Source of the DNA: a virus
Lineage: Duplodnaviria > Heunggongvirae > Uroviricota > Caudoviricetes
Reading direction: 5' to 3' (one strand)
Virus record (IMG/VR): IMGVR_UViG_3300035680_000003
DNA: 64,000 nt
The translations under genes and the position numbers were made by a program. Shown here in pieces: positions 58,794-64,000 of the stretch. Each line of letters opens with the position of its first letter. Position 1 is the stretch's first letter. Below the pieces are notes generated by a model that was not told where the DNA came from, made no database searches, and saw only the letters and a list, made by a program, of their open reading frames with translations.

Positions 58794-59048
58794 TTAGACT
58801 CTTTCTCTTTTCATACCGCCAATTCGACTGGCCTTGTTCCAGTCATAGGCAACACCATCCGGACACATTCCGTCCTTGATGCTATCCACTCCGAAGATAC
58901 CTACAATTTCAAAATCTGGTCCTGTGATAGTTACAAACTCATTCATTGACTTGGCAACGTTCATAGCCTCAGCTAGTGTAAGCACCTTGAATATTTCTTC
59001 TTTACCTTTTACTTTAAACATACATCTATTGTACTTTCTTTTCGACAT
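58794..59048 (-). CDS. hypothetical protein
   Basis: 84-aa ORF. Confidence 0.3.
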   Translation of the reverse strand: MSKRKYNRCMFKVKGKEEIFKVLTLAEAMNVAKSMNEFVTITGPDFEIVGIFGVDSIKDGMCPDGVAYDWNKASRIGGMKRERV

Positions 59049-59061
59049 TTAGTCAAGAGAA

Positions 59062-59167
<106 letters not shown>

Positions 59168-59308
59168 TTATCTTGTGAATTTTCTTACTAGTTTTAGCCA
59201 GTAGTATTTAACTCCGCGGAATGATGGAGGCCAATCCATTCCGAAACTAGGAGTTATTTCTTTTGGGACATTACCGTATGCTTTGTCAAGCGTTTCTTTT
59301 ACTTTCAT
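59168..59308 (-). CDS. small ORF (46 aa) with strong Shine-Dalgarno, abutting tRNA-Gly
   Basis: hand translation MKVKETLDKAYGNVPKEITPSFGMDWPPSFRGVKYYWLKLVRKFTR; AAAGGAG sits 6 nt upstream of the ATG. Confidence 0.3.
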   Translation of the reverse strand: MKVKETLDKAYGNVPKEITPSFGMDWPPSFRGVKYYWLKLVRKFTR

Positions 59309-59700
59309 GTCTACTCCTTTAGTTAACAGGTTCTCATTTTATGTGCTACCACTACACCAACACCGCTGACCAAGCAGTGCCCAGGATTCGAACCTGGCCC
59401 GTCTTTTTTACAGAAAGTTTAATAAGATTGCTGAAAAGAACCTAAATGGTCAAACCATTTGTTATATTGTAGATTTTATCAGTTTATTGTTCTACAACCT
59501 CACGACGCCATGGCAGCTATACTGCCGCACTGCTCGATACCACCTCCCCTTTCAGGGCGTCCGGAATAACAAAATAAAACAGGATACCTTTTTCGATGGC
59601 TTGGAAGCCATTGCTCTACCATTGAGCGATCTACGCAAAAGCGTGGAGTTGGAATCGAACCAACATGTCATTTAAGACGTTGCTGCATGTATCCTAAAAT

Positions 59701-59775
59701 TGGATGCGGGCCCAGGATTTGAACCTGGGATGCTCCGAGCTTATGAGACTGGAGTGGTGGCCGCCCTGCCCGCTA
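59701..59775 (-). tRNA. tRNA-like element with CAT anticodon loop (CTCATAA) and A1xA72 mismatch; D-arm non-canonical
   Basis: T-arm CCAGG-TTCAAAT-CCTGG, 3' end GCCCGCA-T-CCA, 5' AGCGGGC; D and anticodon stems pair poorly. Confidence 0.3.
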
Positions 59776-59841
59776 TATTCTTTGCCACACTACTTATCCT
59801 ATTATACACCGTGTGCCATGGTGAATTCTTTCTTGTATTTA

Positions 59842-59919
59842 TGGTCGGAATAGTAGGATTCGAACCTACGACCCTCGCGTCCCAAACGCGATGCGCTAAC
59901 CAGACTGCGCTACATTCCG
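59842..59919 (-). tRNA. tRNA-Pro (anticodon TGG), CCA encoded
   Basis: D-arm GCGC-AGTCTGGTTA-GCGC, anticodon arm TCGCG-TTTGGGA-CGCGA, T-arm GTAGG-TTCGAAT-CCTAC. Confidence 0.7.
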
Positions 59920-59926
59920 ATTTAAA

Positions 59927-60002
59927 TGGTACCTGGTGTCAGACTCGAACTGACATCGTTCTCCGTGTAAAGGAGATGCATAACCTCTCTGCGCAACCAG
60001 GC
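59927..60002 (-). tRNA. tRNA-Val (anticodon TAC), CCA encoded
   Basis: acceptor GCCTGGT/ACCAGGT, anticodon arm TCTCC-TTTACAC-GGAGA, T-arm GTCAG-TTCGAGT-CTGAC. Confidence 0.7.
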
Positions 60003-60009
60003 AAAAATA

Positions 60010-60083
60010 TGGAGCGGGGTAAGAGAATCGAACTCTCAGCATGAGCTTGGAAGGCTCAGGTATTACCACTATACGAACCCCGC
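60010..60083 (-). tRNA. tRNA-Gly (anticodon TCC), CCA encoded
   Basis: acceptor GCGGGGT/ACCCCGC, D-arm GTAT-AGTGGTA-ATAC, anticodon arm TGAGC-CTTCCAA-GCTCA. Confidence 0.75.
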
Positions 60084-60595
60084 ATACTTTATTAAAACAT
60101 ACTCCCAACAAGTGTCTTATGCTTGTTGTACCGTGTGCTAGGCACATTTCCTTTGCAAGGCTCCCCCGGGTTTGGGCTACGTAGACAAAGAATATATTTT
60201 AATAAAGTTACCTTATTGAAACACACTGTTGCGGCCGCAGGATACCGAGTGATGTAGTGAGTCGGAATCAAACCTTCCCAATCTACACAGTGCTCTCCAC
60301 AATGCGTTTCAATAAAGTGTCTAGCTACTCACACCACATGAGCCCTAAACTGGTCTGTTGCTACGTCCATAACATTTTCTTCTTCTGGAAAGGCTGTTAA
60401 TCCTCACCCTAGGCAGTTTCCAGTATCCCTTAAATAGGGACTGTGAGGTCAGGTCCTAGTGTACCCTCTGGTCTATCGTTACAGAGACGCTATTTCGTTA
60501 CGTAGAAATAGTAAGACGGGTTTTCAACAGGTTAATACTAGTTTAATGACCTAGCAGTCGCCATATTTTTGATAGCTGTAATTAACCTAAAAACT

Positions 60596-60670
60596 TGGTG
60601 CCCCGTGTCTGAATCGAACAGACGATCTCCGCTTTACAAGAGCGGCGCATTGCCACTGTGCTAACAGGGC
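60596..60670 (-). tRNA. tRNA-Thr (anticodon TGT), CCA encoded
   Basis: acceptor GCCCTGT/ACGGGGC, anticodon arm CCGCT-CTTGTAA-AGCGG, T-arm GTCTG-TTCGATT-CAGAC. Confidence 0.7.
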
Positions 60671-60679
60671 GCAATATAT

Positions 60680-60946
60680 TTAACCGCCCTGAGTGGAATC
60701 ACTTACATTCTTTGACTGTTCATCTGCTAGATATGATGCTAGCTTTGATTGAAAGTCAGCTTCTGTTAGACCATGCCAACCGACACACTTACCAGTCGGA
60801 CTACGACCACAACCGCATTTTCCAATCTCATCTGCATTTTCTTGTACTCTTACTTGCATATCTTTCTTTCCAAAAATAGCGTCATAGTTGTTAGCAAATG
60901 TATTCTGGCTAACGCTAAACGGACGAGCTCTTGAACCTTTTGACAT
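60680..60946 (-). CDS. Cys-rich hypothetical protein
   Basis: 88 aa with a GKCGCGRSPTGKCVGWHG cluster; lies inside the tRNA block. Confidence 0.35.
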   Translation of the reverse strand: MSKGSRARPFSVSQNTFANNYDAIFGKKDMQVRVQENADEIGKCGCGRSPTGKCVGWHGLTEADFQSKLASYLADEQSKNVSDSTQGG

Positions 60947-61176
60947 TACCGAACCTTTTTAAGATACTCTCTACCAATTTTACCTGCTTCAATTTCTTGC
61001 AAGGCAGTAATAGTGGCACTGTTGGTTCCGCTAACTTGTTTAGCATGTCCACGTCGCAGTTCGCGAACTCGAGCACTGGCAATCAGAACTAGATCAAATC
61101 TATTGCCCACGGCTTCGACACATTTGTCTGTGTCGATGTTCTGTGGAGAAAAGGGAACTTTAATAACTTTAATCAT
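60946..61176 (-). CDS. RNA polymerase omega subunit (RpoZ)-like protein
   Basis: VGNRFDLVLIASARVRELRRG...ITALQEIEAGKI parallels the E. coli RpoZ core (IGNRFDLVLVAARRARQM...VIALREIEEGLI). Confidence 0.55.
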   Translation of the reverse strand: MIKVIKVPFSPQNIDTDKCVEAVGNRFDLVLIASARVRELRRGHAKQVSGTNSATITALQEIEAGKIGREYLKKVR

Positions 61177-61203
61177 CTATTACTTTCGTTGGTTTAAAAA
61201 ATT

Positions 61204-61279
61204 TGGCTCCCCGGGCAAGGATCGAACTTGCGACCAACAGATTAACAGTCTGCTGCTACTACCGCTGAGCTACCAGGGA
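61204..61279 (-). tRNA. tRNA-Asn (anticodon GTT), CCA encoded
   Basis: acceptor TCCCTGG/CCGGGGA, anticodon arm GCAGA-CTGTTAA-TCTGT, T-arm GCAAG-TTCGATC-CTTGC. Confidence 0.75.
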
Positions 61280-61481
61280 ATATACTTTACTTTGCGTCTC
61301 GCTCTTTAGAGGATCGCGGAACAATGTTCGCAGCCACTTGAGCATCTATCATTGCATTTTTGAATCCATGACGGTCTTGATCGTTCTTAAAACTCATCAA
61401 TGCTATCATAGTCTTTGCTCTTTTACTCAACCTAAAAGTTGAACCTGTTCTTGCTCTCATTTTATTCCTTAAAAAATTTTA

Positions 61482-61556
61482 TGGTGGACCGAGGGAGGAT
61501 CGAACTCCCACCCGAGGCTTGCAAAGCCACTGTGCTCCCATTATCACTATCAGCCC
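61482..61556 (-). tRNA. tRNA-Ala (anticodon TGC) with G3-U70 identity pair, CCA encoded
   Basis: acceptor GGGCTGA/TCGGTCC includes G3-T70, anticodon loop TTTGCAA, T-arm GGGAG-TTCGATC-CTCCC. Confidence 0.7.
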
Positions 61557-61637
61557 ATATTAAAACACATTTAAACAGTCCTTCAACGCTAGTCGCTATC
61601 TCCCCTACTAGAGGGCGGATCTGTATGTGTTTTAATA

Positions 61638-61721
61638 TGGTGCCCCAGGTCGGACTCGAACCGACACGCCTCTCGGCACTGGCTTCTAAGACCAGCGTGG
61701 CTACCATTACACCACCGGGGC
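61638..61721 (-). tRNA. tRNA-Leu (anticodon TAG), type II, CCA encoded
   Basis: anticodon arm CTGGT-CTTAGAA-GCCAG, 13-nt variable arm, T-arm GTCGG-TTCGAGT-CCGAC. Confidence 0.75.
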
Positions 61722-61775
61722 AAATTTTTATTATACAGGATATTTATAATCCTGTCAACCTCTATTTTAATAACT

Positions 61776-61852
61776 TGGTGCGCCCACTAGGACTTGAACC
61801 TAGGACCAAAGGATTATGAGTCCTCTGCTCTGACCAACTGAGCTATAGGCGC
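61776..61852 (-). tRNA. tRNA-Met (anticodon CAT; elongator or lysidine-Ile not distinguishable), CCA encoded
   Basis: acceptor GCGCCTA/TGGGCGC, D-arm GCTC-AGTTGGTCA-GAGC, anticodon arm GAGGA-CTCATAA-TCCTT. Confidence 0.8.
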
Positions 61853-61861
61853 ATCAATCAT

Positions 61862-61953
61862 TGGTACCAGCGGAGGGGATCGAACCCTCTCAAGAACGCT
61901 AATCTGGCGCTAAAAGGTCTATAAGGCCTCTCTGACTACCAAGTCTCGCTGGC
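61862..61953 (-). tRNA. type II (long variable arm) tRNA, anticodon not resolved by eye (loop region GGCCTTATAGACC)
   Basis: 92 nt, acceptor GCCAGCG/CGCTGGT, T-arm GAGGG-TTCGATC-CCCTC, CCA encoded; the anticodon stem cannot be paired cleanly. Confidence 0.45.
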
Positions 61954-61962
61954 ATGTATGTT

Positions 61963-62052
61963 TGGCGGTGCGACTGAGACTCGAACTCAGAACCCGGATT
62001 ACGCCGAGCGACGGATTAGCAATCCGCTCTAATACCATTATAGGACCGCACC
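61963..62052 (-). tRNA. tRNA-Ser (anticodon GCT), type II, CCA encoded
   Basis: anticodon arm GCGGA-TTGCTAA-TCCGT, about 20-nt variable arm, T-arm CTGAG-TTCGAGT-CTCAG. Confidence 0.7.
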
Positions 62053-62180
62053 AAATTTCCATTAGTTGAATCCTCTACACTATATGCCTATCCTCAACAC
62101 GCTTTACTCGAGTTGACGGTTTATTGAATAGGTTACATAACGTATGATCAAACCTCTGTGCTTGCAAAGGATTCAATTAA

Positions 62181-62264
62181 TGGTGCGAGAGACGGGACTC
62201 GAACCCGTATGCCTTTCGGCGGCAGATTTTAAGTCTGCTGAGTATACCATTTCTCCACTCTCGC
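62181..62264 (-). tRNA. tRNA-Leu (anticodon TAA), type II, CCA encoded
   Basis: acceptor GCGAGAG/CTCTCGC, anticodon arm GCAGA-CTTAAAA-TCTGC, 13-nt variable arm. Confidence 0.8.
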
Positions 62265-62322
62265 AAAATACTAACTTTACATTTTTAAAGAACAGTGCTG
62301 TTATTAGCAGCGTATGTATAAA

Positions 62323-62351
62323 TTATACTGTCTTTCTCAGTGTGTGTCAAC
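62323..62351 (-). promoter_or_regulatory. perfect sigma70 consensus promoter (TTGACA-17-TATAAT) heading the tRNA cluster
   Basis: minus strand TTGACAcacactgagaaagacagTATAAT, between tRNA-Thr(GGT) and tRNA-Leu(TAA). Confidence 0.6.
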
Positions 62352-62370
62352 AGGTATTTAAAAATATTTT

Positions 62371-62444
62371 TGGTGCTCAAGCAAAGAATCGAACTTTGAT
62401 TGCTGTCGTACCAAGACAGTGTACTACCATTGTACTACAAGAGC
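62371..62444 (-). tRNA. tRNA-Thr (anticodon GGT) with two TxT mismatches in the acceptor stem (possible pseudo-tRNA)
   Basis: D-arm GTAC-AATGGTA-GTAC, anticodon arm CTGTC-TTGGTAC-GACAG, T-arm CAAAG-TTCGATT-CTTTG, acceptor GCTCTTG/CTTGAGC. Confidence 0.45.
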
Positions 62445-62480
62445 ATTTTTGTGTTATCACTAGGAATCAAATCTAAATGT

Positions 62481-63983
62481 TTATTTTAGAGACATGAGAT
62501 CATTATAATACGTTTGTACAAACAAGTGAACTCTATTTTGCCATTCATTGTCTAAGTTGTATTCGCCCCATCGCAGTCTATCTATTTCTTCAACAGTGTA
62601 TCCAAATTGTAGGACTTCAACTGCGTTCCAGCCGCCTCTTTTAACATGCGGGGCCGCGCTTTCAGTTAGCAAATTTGTCCATTTTACTACATCTAAAAAT
62701 GTAAGACCTGATGAATGCTTCCACCAAGTTTGTCTCCAGAGACGCTTACCAATAGCGTAAGACTCGGGCAATACCTGTATTATTTCAAATCCATATTTTT
62801 CTGCATTACGTTCAAACTCACTAGTGAATACCGAAGTATCAGGTTTATTAAGTAATAAGGGAATTATTTTCCAGGATGTTATTTTATTATCGACACACCA
62901 GTTATGAGTTTCTTTTAAATCATCTAATGTTTCTGGAGGAATGCCTGCGATAAAACTAAGATGTTCTTTTACTTTTCCCTGCCATCTGTCCTGTAACAAA
63001 TGAGGCAAATAGTCTTTGGCTTTTTTTCCGCTAAATGCCTTTCCTACCAAAGCAGATGCATCTTTATTAAAACTTTCTATTCCAAAAAAAGCTCCATAAA
63101 GACCGCTTTCCAATAACATATCTTCAGTATGACGATGAGCCTCAATTAAATCTAATCTTAAATAAGTTGCATATTTAATTTTAAAAGGTAAGGATGATAC
63201 CATTTTGGCAAATTCTTCCAATCTTTCGGTGTCTGCATTAAATGTATCGTCTAAAATATAATAATTCGTTGTTCCAAATCTTTCGTAATTGTCAAGTAAC
63301 TCATCTCTTATATTTTCCATCGGTTTAAGGAAATCTTTTTTATTTTTTCCAATTAACGGATATTGACAGAATTTACACTTAAAAATGCATCCCCTGGTTG
63401 TTTCTAACGGCAATGCTTCATTTGGCTGTATAGCATCACTGTCATGCCACCTAAAATTACACTGCTCAATTGAAAATCCTTCATTACTTTGATACGAAGA
63501 TTCTTTTACAATTTTGTAACCGTCTGCACCTATTTCGACAAATGGCTGTGGACCTTTTTTAAAAATCCAATTGCAAAATTGTAACATTGTATTTTCAGCA
63601 TGACCTGTAAAATAATAATCAAGTGTTTTTTTTAATTTTCCTTTAATTATACCAACAGATGGGCCACCGGCTATTATTTTTAAATTTGGATGTTTTGTTT
63701 TAAGTTGTTTAATTGCTGAACTGAATATAGAAAAGAATACATCGTTAGCTTCTAATAAAATTCCTCCAAGGCCTATAACTTTGGTTTCATCTGTTACAAA
63801 TTTTTCAAACAGTGCATTTACTTTATCCAATGTAAAAATTGGTTCAGAATAATTTATAACCTGTACTGTATAACCAAAGAGTCTTAAATACCAAGCTAAT
63901 TGGTGACCCCCAATTGATCTAGGAGCGGCGCCCCGATAATCGCTAATTGTTTGTATAATAATAACATTCATAATAGTAAACAA
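62481..63983 (-). CDS. B12-binding-domain radical SAM enzyme (second copy)
   Basis: TTRGCIFKCKFCQYP CxxxCxxC at about aa 200; 500 aa; paralog of 50263..51795. Confidence 0.7.
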   Translation of the reverse strand: MFTIMNVIIIQTISDYRGAAPRSIGGHQLAWYLRLFGYTVQVINYSEPIFTLDKVNALFEKFVTDETKVIGLGGILLEANDVFFSIFSSAIKQLKTKHPNLKIIAGGPSVGIIKGKLKKTLDYYFTGHAENTMLQFCNWIFKKGPQPFVEIGADGYKIVKESSYQSNEGFSIEQCNFRWHDSDAIQPNEALPLETTRGCIFKCKFCQYPLIGKNKKDFLKPMENIRDELLDNYERFGTTNYYILDDTFNADTERLEEFAKMVSSLPFKIKYATYLRLDLIEAHRHTEDMLLESGLYGAFFGIESFNKDASALVGKAFSGKKAKDYLPHLLQDRWQGKVKEHLSFIAGIPPETLDDLKETHNWCVDNKITSWKIIPLLLNKPDTSVFTSEFERNAEKYGFEIIQVLPESYAIGKRLWRQTWWKHSSGLTFLDVVKWTNLLTESAAPHVKRGGWNAVEVLQFGYTVEEIDRLRWGEYNLDNEWQNRVHLFVQTYYNDLMSLK

Positions 63984-64000
63984 ATATTTATCATTAACTG

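Noticed and set aside
59487-60147. Track ORFs 59487..59675 (+), 59700..60044 (+) and 59896..60147 (-), plus 61013..61309, 61439..61819, 61462..61707, 62144..62476 and 62548..62760
   Set aside because: They run across or antisense to tRNA genes or inside the radical SAM gene. tRNA clusters routinely yield spurious ORFs.

Overview
AT-rich dsDNA phage segment with T4-like hallmarks. Almost every gene from 1 to 39.4 kb is on the minus strand. That stretch includes rIIA (725 aa, GHKL ATPase N-box and G1-box) followed by rIIB, and a tail-fibre block (3.4-9.6 kb) with three tandem collagen-like (Gly-X-Y) proteins. One fibre protein carries about 93-aa internal repeats and a C-terminal peptidase S74 intramolecular-chaperone domain. 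Host-takeover and auxiliary genes in this stretch include ClpP, MazG, GTP cyclohydrolase I, PTPS/QueD-like, dCMP deaminase, UvdE UV-damage endonuclease, a BI-1/YccA membrane protein and an SPFH/band-7 lipoprotein. Further ones are an S11 DD-carboxypeptidase and a contiguous phospho-enzyme array: Cys-phosphatase, PNK-like kinase, metallophosphoesterase and an HD (p)ppGpp-hydrolase-like gene. A nucleotide-sugar and glycosyltransferase set is also present: UDP-glucose 6-dehydrogenase, UDP-glucuronate decarboxylase (UDP-xylose synthase), two cytidylyltransferases, a GT4 and several GT-A-like proteins. From 39.7 to 58.5 kb the strand organisation changes to a dense, alternating-orientation accessory cluster. 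It holds nine paralogous small 2OG-Fe(II)-oxygenase-fold genes, two DesC-like membrane desaturases, a FabK/NMO-like flavoenzyme and two GNAT-like proteins. It also holds four PP-loop ATP-pyrophosphatases, a Rieske protein, a B12-binding radical-SAM enzyme (second copy at 62.5-64 kb) and two secreted TctC-family solute-binding proteins. A minus-strand tRNA cluster (59.0-62.5 kb) has at least 13 recognisable tRNAs, tRNA-like fragments, an RpoZ (omega)-like ORF and an ORF-free stretch of about 500 bp. Nine near-perfect sigma70 consensus promoters (TTGACA-17 bp-TATAAT) sit upstream of minus-strand genes, several fused to hairpins. No CRISPR array or obvious mobile element was seen.
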